The notes beneath the pieces are model-generated. The model was not told the DNA's origin. It was given only the letters and a program-made list of their open reading frames with translations, and made no database searches. Below, piece by piece: positions 13,405-26,886 of a stretch of 64,000 nt of DNA. Position 1 is the stretch's first letter, and each line of letters starts with the position of its first letter. Position numbers and translations under genes: made by a program. Origin of the DNA: Heterodontus francisci (Eukaryota); contig NC_090387.1 of assembly GCF_036365525.1 (NCBI RefSeq), positions 88,887,691 through 88,951,690 of the forward strand. The letters run 5' to 3'.

Positions 13405-16400
13405 CTTTTTTTATTATTCTTTCATGGGATGTGGGCGTCTCTGGCTAGGCCAGCATTTATTGCCCATCACTAATTGCCCTTGAGAAGGTGGTGGTGAGTT
13501 GCGTTCTTGAACCGTTGCATTTCAATGTGAGGTAGGCACACCCACAGTGCTGTTAGGAAGTGAGTTCCAGGATTTTGACCCAGTGACAGCGAAGGAACGG
13601 CAATTTAGTTCCAAGTCAGGATAGTCTGTGGCTTGGAGGGGAACTTGCAGGTGGTGGTGTTCCTATGCATTTGCTGCCCTTGTCATTCTCGTTGGTAGAG
13701 GTCGCGGGTTTGGAAGGTGCTGTCTAAGGAACCTTGGTGCGTTGCTGCAGTGCATCTGGTAGATGCTACACACTTTGCCACTGTACATCAGTGGTGGAGT
13801 GAGTGAATATTTTTGGATGGGGTGCCAATCAAGCAGGCTGCTTTGTCCTGGATGGTGTCGAGCTTCTTGAGTTTTGTTGGAACTGCACCCATCCAGGCAA
13901 GTGGAGAGTATTCCATCACACTCCTGACTTGTGCCTTCAAGATGGTGAACAGGCTTTGGGGATTCAGGAGATGAGCTACTCGGTACAGGATTCCTAGCCT
14001 CTGACCTGGTCCTGCAGCCACGGTATTTATAAGGCTACTCCAGTTCAGTTTGTGGTCAATGGCAACCCTAGGATGTCGATAGTGGGCAATTAAGCGATGG
14101 TAATGCCATTGAATGTCAAGGGAGATGGGTAGATTCTCTCTTGTTGGAGATGGTCATTGCCTGGCACCTGTGTGGCACAAATGTTACTTGCCACTTATTA
14201 GCCAAAGCTTAGACATTGTCCCGGTCTTGCTGCATTTCTACACAAAGTGCTTCAGTATCTGAGGAGTCGTGAATGGTGCTGAACATTGTGCAATCATCAG
14301 CGAACATCCCCACTTCAGACCGTATGATTGAAAGAAGGTTATTGATGAAGCAGCTGAAGATGGTAGACCGAGGGCACAACCCTGAGGAATACTTACAGTG
14401 ATGTCCTGGAGCTCAGATGATTGATCTCCAACAACCAAAACCATCTTCCTTTGTGTTAGGTATGACTCCAAACAGCGGAGTGTTTTCCCCCTGATTCCCA
14501 TTGACTCCAGTTTTGCTGGGGCTCATTGATGCCTTGATCGGTCAAAGGCTGCCTTGATGTCAAGGGCAGTCACTCTCACCTCACCTCTTGAGTTCAGCTT
14601 TTTTATCCATGATTGAGCCAAGGTGGTAATGAGGTCAGCAGCTGAGAGGCCATGGTGGAACCCAAACTGAGTGTCAATGAGCAGATTATTGCTAAGCAAG
14701 TGCTGCGTGATGCCACTGTTGATGACACCTTCCATCAGTTTACTGATGAGTGAGAGCAGACTGATGGGGCGATAATTGGCCGGGTTGGACTTGTCCTGCT
14801 TTTTGCGTACAGGACATACCTGGGCAACTTTCCACATTGCCGGGTAGATGCCAGTGTTGTAGCTGCACTGGAACAGCTTGGGGCGCAGCAAGTTCTGGAG
14901 CACAGGTCTTCAGTACTATTGCCAGCACATTGTCAGGACCCATAGCCTTTGCAGTATCCAGTGCCTTCAGTCGTTTCTTGATATCACGCAGAGTGAATCG
15001 AATAGGCTGACGTCTGGCACCTGTGATGCTGGGGCCGTCAGGAGGAGGCCGAGATGGATCATCAACTCGGTACTTCTGGCTGCAGATTGTTGCACATCCT
15101 TCAGCTTTATCTTTCACACTGATGTGCTGGGCTCCCCCATCATTGAGGATGGGGATATTTGTGGCGCCACCTCCTCCAGTTAGTTGTTTAATTGCCCATC
15201 AACATTCACGGCTGGATGTGGTAGGGCTGCAGAGCTTAGATCTGATCCATTAGTTATGGGACTGCTTAGCTCTGTCTATCGCATGCTGCTTATGCAATTT
15301 GGCATTCAAGTAGTCCTCTGTGTAGCTTCACCAGGCTGACACCTTATTTTGAGGTCTGCTTGGTGCTGCTCCTGACATGCCCTCCTGCACTCTTCATTGA
15401 ACCAGGATTGGTCTCCTGGCTTGATGGGAATGGTAGAGAGGGGGATATGTCGGGCCATGAGGTTACAGATTGTGGTTGAGTATAATTTTGTTGCTTCTGA
15501 TAGCCCACACCGCTTCATGGATGTCCAGTTTTGCATTTCTAGACTTGTTCGAAATCTATCTCATTTAGCACGGTGATAGTGCCACACAACACGATGGACG
15601 GTATCCTCAAAGTGAAGGCAGGAACTCATCTTCACAAGGACAGTGCGGTGGTCACTCCTACCAATATTGACATGGACAGATGCATCTGTGGCATGTAGAT
15701 TGTTGAGGACGAAGTCAAGTATGTTTTTTCCTGTTGCTGGTCCCCTCATCAGGTGCAACAGACTCAGTCTAGCAGCTATGTCCTTTAGGACTCGGCCAGC
15801 TCGGTCAGTTGTGGTGTTACCGAGCCACTCTTGGTGATGTACATTGAAGTCCCCCACCCACAGTACATTCTGCGCCCTTGCCACCCTCAGTGGTTCCTCC
15901 AAGTGGTGTTCAACATGGAGGAGCACTGACGCATCAGCAGAGGTAGGGCGATAGGTGGTAATCAGCAGGAGGTTTCCTTGCCCATTTTTGACCTGATGCC
16001 ATGAGACTTCATGGGGTCGAAGTCAATGCCGAGGACTCCCGGGGCAACTCTCTCCCGACTGTATACCACTGTGCCGCCAATTCTGCTGGCTCTGTCCTGC
16101 CAGTGTGACAGGACATACCTGAGGATAGCAACGGCAGTGTCTGGTACATTGTCTATCAGTTATGATTCCGTGAGTGTGATTATGTCGGGCTGTTGCTTGA
16201 CTAGTCTGTGAGACAGCTCTTCCAACTTTGGCACAAGCCGCCAGATGTTAGTAAAGCGGACTTGCAGGGTCGACAGTGCTGGGTTTACCATTGTCGTTTC
16301 CGGTGCCCAGGTCAATGCCGGGTGGTCTGTCCAGTTTCATTCCTTTTTATTGACTTCGTACAACTGAGTGGCTTGATGGGCCATTTCAGAGGGCATGTAA

Positions 16401-16650
16401 GAGTCAACGGCATTGCTATGGATCTGGAGTCACGTGTCGGCCAGACCAGGTAAGGACAGTAGGTTTCCTTCCCTAAAGGAAAACAGTGAACCAGATTTTT
16501 TTTTTTTATAACAATCGACCATGGTTTCATGAGACTAGCTTGCTTTTTAAATCCAGATTTATGTGGTGGGATTTGAACCCATGCCCCCAGAGCAATATTT
16601 TGGCTCTATGGGTTATTAGTCTAGTTACAATACTACTACACCACTGCCTC
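13405..16650 (-). mobile_element. LINE family B, near full-length decayed copy (tRNA-like head, APE, RT, tail)
   Basis: APE motifs (TNI.GL..PDII.LTES, GDFNVHH, LDFVL, SDH) and RT motifs (NYRPISLL, LDIKAAFD, PQG). Pol III A/B-box-like head at 16560-16650. Confidence 0.85.
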
Positions 16651-16729
16651 CTCTCATCACCTTCCAGATTTTCTGCGCTATGAAGAGCACTCGCAGCTTC
16701 TTCATTTTCTGAACATAGCTGAAGTTCCT

Positions 16730-17505
16730 CCAAGTAACATTCACGCCACACAAGTGCCAGGCAATGACCATCTCCAACAAGAGACAATCTAACCATCTTC
16801 CCTTGACATTCAACGGCATTACTATCGCTGAATCCCCCACTATCAACATCCTAGCGGCTGCCATTGACCACAAACTGAACTGGAGTAGCCACATTAATAC
16901 CTTAACTACAAGAGCAGGTCAGAGGCTAGGAATCGTGAGGCAAGTAGCTCACCTCCTGACTCCCCAAATCCTGTCCACCATCTACTCGACACAAGTCAAG
17001 AGTGTGATGGAATACTCTCCACTTGCCGGGATGGGTGCAGCTACAACACTCAAGAAGCTCGACACCATCCAGGGCAAAGCAGCCCGCTTGATTGGTACAA
17101 ACATTCACTCCCTCCACCATCGACGCACAGTGGCAGCAGTGTGTACCATCTACAAGATGCACTGCAGCAATTCACTAAGGCTCCTTCAACAGCACCTTCC
17201 AAACCCGCGACCTCTGCCAACTAGAAGGACAAGGGCAGCAAATGCATGGAAACACCACCACCTGAAAATTGCCCTCCAAGTCACCCACCATCCTGACTTG
17301 GAACTATATCGCCGTTCCTTCACTGTCGTTGGGACAAAATCTTGGAACTCCCTTGCTAACAGCACTGTGAGTATACCAACCCCAAATGGACTGCAGCGGT
17401 TCAAGAAGGCAACTCACCACCACCTTCTCAAGGGTAATTAGGGATGGGCAATAAATGCTGGCCTGGCCAGCGACGCCTACATCCCATGAAGGAATTAAAA
17501 AAAAC
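16730..17505 (+). mobile_element. LINE family B, 3' fragment
   Basis: ORF 16764-17441 matches the family B C-terminus. Ends CCCATGAAGGAATTAAAAAAAA. Confidence 0.88.
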
Positions 17506-18125
17506 AGGTGTTACTTTCGTAAACTCCCTTTGATATTTCCCGAAGTCCTAGTGTACTTCCAAAAGTGTGTTATTTAGAAATGTGCTCTAGCTGACGCTTA
17601 GCCGGTGATTTATAAAGGTGATGTATCGCTGATTTGCTTTTGTAATCTATGCCTCTATTTAAAAAGCCCATGATCCTCTATGTTTTAATAGCTTTACCAA
17701 CTTGTCTTGTCACACATATTTCTCACGAATTCGTTGAGCACCCATTTATACTAACTCAAATTCTCTATTAATTTTCAGCCTGTAATTTATTTTTGGTTTT
17801 CATTTTTTTGTTTGTTTTCTTATAGAATCATTTCCATTGTCTGGGTTCCCTGCCAATTTACAATGTAATTCAGGGTATACATTGGTCCGAAAAAATCAAA
17901 GCGCTGCCACCAGTTTTCCGCCTTAGGCTCGAGAAGAGAGAACCAGTGAACAAGCCATAAAAAGTCGTAAATTCAAAAAATGGTCATTTCCATCTAGTTT
18001 TACTGGGAATTACCATGGCGGTGCATATAAATAAGAATAGGGGTTACTAGAATATGATTTTTTAAGACGTCTATCCATGATAATTCCGAAAGGTCTCTCC
18101 TGATTTTGCACTTTTATTTGAACAG

Positions 18126-18210
18126 GAGTCCAGACGAAGAGAGCAGGAAAGACGATGTAAAATGTGGATAGTTAAGCCGGAACGGCGGGAGAGTCCAGCG
18201 AAATATGAAG
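18126..18210 (+). CDS. IgSF receptor gene 1, putative cytoplasmic exon containing an in-frame stop
   Basis: Acceptor CTTTTATTTGAACAG|. Read in phase 2: (R)SPDEESRKDDVKCG*LSRNGGRVQRNMK, with TAG at 18169-18171, ending at a phase-0 donor AAG|GTCATA. The exon is purine-rich and charged. Exons 1-5 give a 275-aa product to the stop. Confidence 0.55.
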
Positions 18211-21200
18211 GTCATAGTTGAAAAGAACAGTTCATTGAGATTCTAAATGTTAATTTCCACGAACGGTTGAATTTGGTCCTCAAACAGTTGGGCGGTTTTT
18301 AGTTTGGGATTATTTCCTTGACTGATGAAGTATGATAGTGAACTCTAAATTCTGTATTTGCGAATTCCTGCTGTTTGCTCACGATGGTCCAGTGAAAACC
18401 CCACTGTAAAGGCTCAAACGCGATTTATCTCACTTCTCCCGAGTTCTGGCGTCTCCTGTCAGAGTTAGGACTGGAGATCAGGAGAATGGCGCGAAATTTT
18501 ATCTTGAAGTTTAGAATCTGGTTTGTTATGTTCTTCAAATAAAAATGTATGTGAAAGAATATACCACTACCAAGAAGATACTGAACACACAAATCAAATG
18601 GTACTTAGGCAAGGCAAAATATGTGAAAACTTTGTAACAGAAGCACTAACCATTAAAAAAAATGGGCAATCTTCCGGAACAAGAATCACAATACTAGCTG
18701 AGTAATTCGCAAAAATTTGGTTCCCATTATCAATCCAAAAATATATCTGACAATGAATGGTGGAATACATTCTACGATATAGAGATGGCTGACGAACTAA
18801 TTAGTGACACATCAATTTGATTAAACTACTTTCCTGAAATACTATAATAATAGCCTTCTCAGTGAAACGTAATTGGCTCATTCAAGAAGTCTCTGTTTGC
18901 TGTGAGGCACAAGACTGACAATCGGGATTGATTCTATGCTGATGAAAGCGAGCCACCTAGATTATTCTGAGAGCTAAAATGAAAAGGCAATTTCTCCGTA
19001 TGAAAGGGATTACAGCGTCCTGGTGAGACCGATCCTGGAAACATCTCGAGGGATGTGCAATGGGATCCAATGGTTGTAGGAAATCTGATATGTTAATACT
19101 TAAGAAAAAAATATATTCATAACAGTCCCGCAGCTTATGGAAATTATGCCAAATGCGATGCAAGAAGCTATAGGAGGATTTTCTGTTGTTTTCATTATTA
19201 GCAAATGTTACATTCCAATAAACTGACAACAAATCAATTGCCTATAGAGAAATATTTACAAATAATAGTAATTTACCTGGAAAACAATTATCCAATACAT
19301 CTTTGAACAACAAACGACAGATGTAGTATGGAAGATAATTTAAAACAATAAATCTGTAAGGAAATCATAGGCGAAATTTAGATAGAAAGGGGGATTCCTA
19401 CGAAAAGAAAAAAAATAACTCTAAATCTTCCCAATACGTTAGACGTGAAAAGTTCGGAAACTATGCATTAGGCTTGCCAACAATGGAGTGAGCATCGCGT
19501 TTAATAAGATCTCGATATTTGTTACCCAATACAGGGAAGGGGACCTATGGTTTGGGAGCATCGTTCTTCTATATGCAAATAGAAAGAGAGCAGAGGTGTA
19601 GCTGTTGGTAATGCTACAGAATCGCTGAATGCTAGGCTGTATGTTTGGTCAAGTTACGATTTATTTCAAGTAGACAAATGGTGCAATTCCAGATACTTTG
19701 AAAGGTGGAAACTGAAATCAATTTATCACTCAGCATTGTGTACAAGTAGTGCAAGTCTGAGATACAAAATGGACCTGTATGTCAGAATCACATATAATCA
19801 TTGGTGAAGACTACAGTAAAAAAACATTTAATAAGAGTGTGTCATGATTGGTGGGTTGTTCAGGCGAATGCATGTTATAAATTGCGTGCTAATTGTGAAA
19901 ACAATGAAAGTCCGGAAAGGAACAGTTATGTATCATCTAATAGCTAGTCCGTCTTTATGAGACATGCCTTAAGTACTGTGTCATGTCTCTCTTATTGTTG
20001 GTAACTGATCGGTTGCGTATTTCTAGTGTTTCCTGTTTTTAAGTGAGATTTGGAAGGTCTTTTTTCTCTTTAATTGTACTGCAGAAATTCTGCTTATTTG
20101 GAGTACTATTGTACATCATGGGAGACGCTGACAATTAAAGTAAAGGGATCGGCTTTGAAAAGAAGCTTCAGATGAGGAAGGTGTTGTCCTTTGATCATGA
20201 CTGCAAGATTCTTAAACAGTTAGCTAAATACTTTGAGCATTATGTGGCCTTACAGCCGTTAATATGTTGGTTTCTGGGTGGAAAGCCATAAGTTGCAAAC
20301 ATCCATGCAGTCAACCACACACTTAACTGGTTGTTCAACCATGAGTGCACTGAGTTGCAGTATGTACGTGCACAAAGGAAGGACTGGCGGGGCGACAGCT
20401 GAATAGACGCATATTTCTATTATTATCTATCAATTGTGTAATGTCTTGGCGGAGAAATACTGAACGAGATGCTGTGTAAATGACCAAGGCCTGAAACAAG
20501 CATTACAAAAACTGCAGCAGAACTATTTATTGAACATAATGTACACCTACATAATGTAGTAGAAATAGCAGCCTCAAGCAATCCAGTACCTAGACACAAG
20601 ACATTGCGAAAGTTACAATTGTACAAAAGATCCAGGATGTGGCAAAAACATACCGCGTATCTATTGGGCAACATCCGTGATAAATAAGTTTTGCTTTCCA
20701 CAAAGCTTGCTGAATTCAATGGAACTAATTGAAGCAGGCTTGCCTGTGGCTAATATATAGTCGCAGGTTGACTGGTAACACATCGTGGCAGGGAAGCTTG
20801 GAGTTTGGTGACGAGCCTGCCAAACAGTTTAATTATTTCTTACCTTGGCAGCTTTCTTTCTCTATCTCATTGTTTCTACATTTTTCAAAGGTCTTTCACC
20901 TCGGCTACATCGCTTTGGGTTATGTGCTAATGGCTTCCATGTCAATATTGGAATTATGAGACAAGAAAAGGTTTATGGTCTATCTTCTATTACCCTTGTA
21001 ATAGATTCAATTCAATGATAATAGAATTATTGAAAAATCGTAGCAGTCAATATCTAGAAATTAGTCAACAACAAATCTGACATGACGCGAGAAATTATTG
21101 GAATGTTTTGGAAAACTCGAAAAGATTAAGCATGAGGAGAATAGCTAATGTGGCCGATGTGTAAATTAAATATTTAGGAGAAGCAGTTAATTACTGTCGA

Positions 21201-21252
21201 GTTCGGGAAAGCAACAAAAGGCATCTGGCATTGCTTCCTCTTCACTTTTTTC

Positions 21253-22132
21253 AAAGAACAAAGAAAGGACAAAGAAAATTATAGCACAGGAACAGGCCCT
21301 TCGGCCCTCCAAGCCTGCGCCGATCCAGATCCTCTATCTAAACATGACGCCTATTTTCTAAGGGTCTGTATCTCTTTACTTCTTGCCCATTCATGTATCT
21401 GTCTAGATACATCTTAAAAGACACTATCATGCCCGCATCTACCACCTCCGCTGGCAACGCATTCCAGGCACCCACCACCCTCTGCGTAAAGAACTTTCCA
21501 CGCATATCCCCGCTAAACTTTTCCCCTTTCACTTTGAACTCGTGACCCCTAGTAATTGAATCCCCCACTCTGGGAAAAAGCTTCTTGCTATCCAACCTGT
21601 GTATACCTCTCATGATTTTGTACACCTCAATCAGGTTCCCCCTCAACCTCCGTCTTTCTAATGAAAATAATCCTAATCTACTCAACCTCTCTTCATAGCT
21701 AGCGCCCTCCATACCAGGCAACATCCTGATGAACATCCTCTGCACCCTCTCCAAAGCATCCACATCCTTTTGGTAATGTGGCGACCAGAACTGCACGCAG
21801 TATTCCAAATGTGGCCGAACCAAAGTCCTATACAACTGTAACATGACCTGCCAACTTTTGTACTCAATACCCCGTCCGATGAAGGAAAGCATGCCGTATG
21901 CCTTCTTGACCACTCTATTGACCTGCGTTGCCACCTTCAGGGAACAATGGACCTGAACACCCAAATCTCTCTGTACATCAATTTTCCCCAGGACTTTTCC
22001 ATTTACTGTATAGTTCACTCTTGAATTGGATCTTCCAAAATGCATCACCTCACATTTGCCTGGATTGAACTCCATCTGCCATTTCTCTGCCCAACTCTCC
22101 AATCTATCTATATTCTGCTGTATTCTCTGACA
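21253..22132 (-). mobile_element. Young CR1 LINE, 5'-truncated (3' ~880 bp)
   Basis: ORF 21338-22159 is nearly identical to the C-terminus of ORF 51628-52731. Tail (AAAGAAC)n. Confidence 0.93.
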
Positions 22133-23744
22133 TATATCATATATTTTGTTCCCTCCCACTTCTAGGAGATACTCATTGTTTAAAATAAAATGAAAATGAT
22201 GTCGGGCTGTCTGAAGTATTATGTAAAAATAAAGATCGTCAATCGAATTTTACAACATAGTATAGCGAGTAGAACATCCAGTACTTTCACCAACAAAGCT
22301 ATGCTCCATTGATTACACACTGGATCCAAAGTGAACGATCCCACACAGACCCACTGTGCACTTCATCTGCCATCGTTATAAATCAGCTATTCTGTATATG
22401 TCTCGTCATAACTTGCTGTTCTCATCGATATGACTAAATATGCATCCTCATCTACTGTAATTTGTGACTATAATGAAAGTCACTGTCATGTATGGGGAAA
22501 AGCTGAAGTGTCAACAATATCCTGGGGGAAATCAACTTGTCACACCCCGCCAATCAGTGAACATTTCCTTTATGCTGACCTCCAGTAAGCTATTAATTAC
22601 CAATGGATGGTATCAACGGTCATCTACATCCGGGCTTGTTTTTTTGCAAACAATCTTTTGAGTGGATTATTTTAAAATGAGAGCATTGAAGCTATACATC
22701 AGAGTCATATATCAAAATGTGCAACTGTAATTGCACACATCAATCTATGTCAAACTAACATATAAATAGAATCATTTCTGTACCTGCAGTGGAAAAATAT
22801 AACAATATTCAACTGGTGACATACGCAACGAATTGTTAAGAAAGAACAGAAAGTGAGGCATGAGCAGAATTTTGGCTTCCTGGCTCTGAGAATATCATTA
22901 AATACAAATGTTAGTGAAAGTAGAGTTGACCATTCACATCATGATATGTTTGAAACGATTCACACTGTCGGTTAAGGGTTTTTTTTCTCAGCTGATTAAG
23001 GTACATGTTTTATGAACTCGTATTACATTTTGAGACGTTCCTACCTCCACCCACCACCTCCACCCACCACCTCCACCACAACCAGCCGCACCCCCACCCC
23101 CCGGCCCAGCCCTCGCCACTCCGATAATTGTAAGCAATGTGGATGAAAACATATAATTAAACAGAAGTAATGGTCCGAAATTTGTGGTTGTTAATATTAC
23201 GAAACTGTAAACATCGCCATCATCACTGCAGAAAATTGATAGCAACGTCCTGGTATCTGCACATGCACAGCTAAACGCGGAAATTTGTAAGTGGTATCCT
23301 GGGACTCAATAGATTTGGCAGTCTTCGCAGATGCAATCGACACAGAATCAGTGTTTTGAGGTTAACTACAACTTTGTATGCTCTATTCTCGCGGTACAAA
23401 CCAATGAAAAAGTTAAGCCATGTTGAAAGATGTGTAACTGTTTTTCTTTTATGACATACTATTTCATAATTTCTGCTGAACCACCTCTCAGGTACCGAGT
23501 AACTAATATTACGTGTGGAGTGTCATCAGCTCATTCCATGAGAAAAATTCCGTAACTTCTTAAACTATGAACAAATAATTTTCATTTGTTTTGTTTCTGA
23601 TATTTCAGTATCTACCTTAATCCCATGTGCATGCCTTCATTGTTAATTTTCTTTTCTGTAAAATAATTTAAAACGTGAGTGATTATACCTGTTTTTTTAC
23701 TTCCTGGTTTGCTGTCTGCGAATACTCCTCACTCTGTAACAGAT

Positions 23745-25130
23745 AGGCATTGCTGAGGCAGGTGACGTGAATCCAGGATTCTATGTTGCCACGCTGCTGC
23801 CAGACTTAAAGAGACCAATAAGCGACTGTAGAGCACTCTGAAGGAGGAGGTTGAACTGCCAGTGGTCGTGGTCGATATCGTCACTAACGACATAGGTAGA
23901 AAGAGAGATGAGGTCCTTCAGGCAGATTTAAGGAAGCTGGGAAGGACACCAGTAACAGAACCTCGAAGGTTGCCATCTCTGGATTTCGCCTGGTGTCAAG
24001 CACTGGTGAGCGTAGAAATAGGATAACAGAACAGGAAAATGTGTGAATGGAGAGATGGTGCAGGAGGGAGAGTTTTAGACTACTGGAACATTGGGATCGG
24101 TTCTGGGGCAGGTGATACTAATACAGGTCAGATAGATAGCACTTCAATGGAACCAGGACCAATGTGCTTGTGCGGTGGTTTGCGAGTGCTCTTCGGGAGG
24201 GTTTAAACTAATTTGATCAGGGAGTGGGAAACCAAGTGCAGCATTACAAAGGAGAAACACGATGCATAAAGGATGGGTGGAGAAAGATAGCAGTAGGTTG
24301 AGGCATAGTAAGTATCACAGGGGCCAGAGTAAGAGGGAATGCAGTAAGGTCTAAATTAGGTTCACAATACATGTGTTGAAACCCCAAACATGGTATCTGA
24401 GGTTCATGAGCTGGAGGAACAGAAAGCCACATGGAAATATGATGTTGTTCCAATAACAGAGACCTGCCTCATAAACGGGCAGGCCTGGGTTCTACATAAG
24501 GTGGATATAATGTATATAAGGGGCTCAAGAAAGATAGGGAAGGAAAGAAAGAAGGAGTAGAAGCAGAGTTGATGAACGAAATAATATAGAGCTGGAGAGA
24601 GTGGTGGCGTAGAGCCGTTAAAAGACAGCATCAATTTGGTTAGATCTAAAAAAAATAGAAGTACCATCAAAATGCTGTGTGTATTTTATACGCCAACAAC
24701 AAGTGGCAAAGAAACAGTGGAGCAAATTTGCTGGTAAGTTATAGAAAGGTGCAAAAACTGTACAACAGTGATAACGGGCACTTCAATTATCCTCCTACAA
24801 ACTGGGATGTTAATCGTGTAAAGGGCATAAGGGGGAAGCATTTTTGAAGTGTGTTCAGGAGATTTTTCATGATAACTATGTTTTTGGCTGATCGAGCTGG
24901 CAAAGGTAAATGTGTGTGCGTTAGAAGATAAAAGAGGATGAATTATCCTGAGGAATAAGGAAATTGCACAGTCGTTAAACAAATATTTTGCATCTGGCTT
25001 AATGGTAGAAGACACAAATAATAGCGGAACTAATGGAAAACCAATGGACAAATGAGAGTGAGGAACTTAAGGTAATTAAGACTAGTAATGCACTGTAAAA
25101 AAATCGTGGGATTAAAAGAGGCTGTAGCCA
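23745..25130 (+). mobile_element. Decayed CR1 LINE (ORF1 esterase and EN remnants)
   Basis: Degenerate matches to LKEEVE.PVVVV.IVTNDIGRKRDEVL and later EN motifs, with many stops. Confidence 0.7.
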
Positions 25131-25496
25131 AAATCTCACCCCCTCCCCCCCCCCCCACCCCCCCCCACCACCCCCCCCCCCCCCCCCCAACCCCCACCGG
25201 TGAATGTGAGAGTGGTGGCAGGTGACTAGATGGCTTCATAGGATTTTAGAATCATAGAACGTTTATGGCACAGAAAATGGCCACTTGGTCCATCGTGTCT
25301 GTGCCGACCATCAAACAGCCACCCAACCTAAACCCTTCCAGCATTTGCTCCGTAGCCCTGCAGGTTATGGCACTTCAGGTGCGTATCCAGACACCTTTTA
25401 AGTCAGTTGAAAAGTTTCTGCCTCTACTACCCTTACAAGCAGTGATTTACAGAACTCTACCACCCTCTGTGCAAAAAAGCTTTATCTCATCTCATC

Positions 25497-26522
25497 TGGC
25501 TGTGGTTGTTGGAGGTGAATCATCTGAGCTCCAGGACATCACTGCAGGAGTTCTTCAGGGTATTGTCCTAGGCCCAACCATCTTCAGCTGCTTCATCAAT
25601 GACCTTCCTTCAATCATAAGGTCAGAAGAGAGGCTTTTCGCTGATGATTGCACAATGTTCAGCACCATTCGCGACTCCTCAGATACTGAAGCAGTCTGTG
25701 TAGAAATGCAGCAAGACCTGGATAATATTCAGGCTTGGGCTGATAAGTGGCAAGTAATATTTGCGCCACACAAGTGCCAGGCAATGACCATCTCCAACAA
25801 GAGAGAATCCAACCATCTCCCCTTGACATTCAATGGCATTACCATCACTGAATCCCCCACTATCAACATCTTAGGGGCTACCATTGCCAGAATCTTAACT
25901 GGAGTAGCCATATAAATACCGTGGCTACAAGAACAGGTCAGAGGCTAGGAATCCTGCGGCGAGTAACTCACCTCCTGACTCCCCAAGGCCCGTCCACCAT
26001 CTTCAAGGCACAAGTCAGGAGTGTGATGGAATACACTCCACTTGCCTGGATGGGTGCCGCTCCAACAACACTCAAGAAATTCGACACCATCCAGGACAAA
26101 GTAGCCCACTTGATTGGCACACCATCCACAAACATTCACTCCCTCCACCACCGATGCACGGTGACAGCAGTGTGTACTATCTACAAGATGCACTGCAGCA
26201 ATGCACCAAGGCGCCTTAGAACGCACCTTCCAACCTGCGACCTCTACCACCTAGAAGGACAAGAGCTGCAGATGCATGAAAAAACCACCACCTGCAAGTT
26301 CCCATCCAAGTCACACACCATCCTGTCTTGGAGCTATATTGCCATTCCTTCATTGTCGCTGGGTCAAAATCCTGGAACTCACTTCCTAACAGTACTGTGA
26401 GTGTACCTACCTCACATGGACTGCAGCAGTTCAAGAAGGCAGCTCACTACCATTAATTAGGGATGGGCAATAAATGCTGGCATGGCCAGTGACGTCCACT
26501 TCCCTTGAATGAATTTTTTTTT
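25497..26522 (+). mobile_element. LINE family B, 3' fragment inserted in a CR1 tail remnant
   Basis: GVLQGIVLGPTIFSCFINDLP..LFADD, followed by KAQVRSVMEY. Confidence 0.88.
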
Positions 26523-26886
26523 TAAATCTCCCCTGCAATCTTTCTACCAATCGCCTGGAGCTCCGAGATGAATGGGCTGAGTTTGCCTATAAAAGTCCAT
26601 TATTATATCAGATAAAGCAGTCAGGCATTCATTGAGACCCTGCTTCGCTCGTGGGCAGGTACCTAACATGTCTATATGTTAATGCTGAAGACACATACAA
26701 TCTCCTTAACAACGTAAATGCTATTGGTGCTGATTGTCATTACAGGAAGCTCGGCAGTGGCCTAACTCCCGAATTAAGTGCATCCCAAATTACACTTTTC
26801 AGTTCTTCGTCCTCCAGGTCTGTGTGAACCTGGATGGATGTTTCGATCCGGGTGTTTCTATCGATGGGTCCGACACGAATTGTAAT

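Noticed and set aside
17826-17868. Strong splice acceptor (long pyrimidine tract, TATAG|) upstream of the 18126 exon
   Set aside because: In phase 2 it reads (R)IISIVWVPCQFTM*, which is hydrophobic and unlike a tail, with no matching donor. It cannot be excluded as an alternative terminal exon.
25138-25197. Poly-C tracts (also ~23045-23110, 28535-28575, 33838-33860)
   Set aside because: Simple repeats; the Gly/Pro-rich ORFs across them are spurious.
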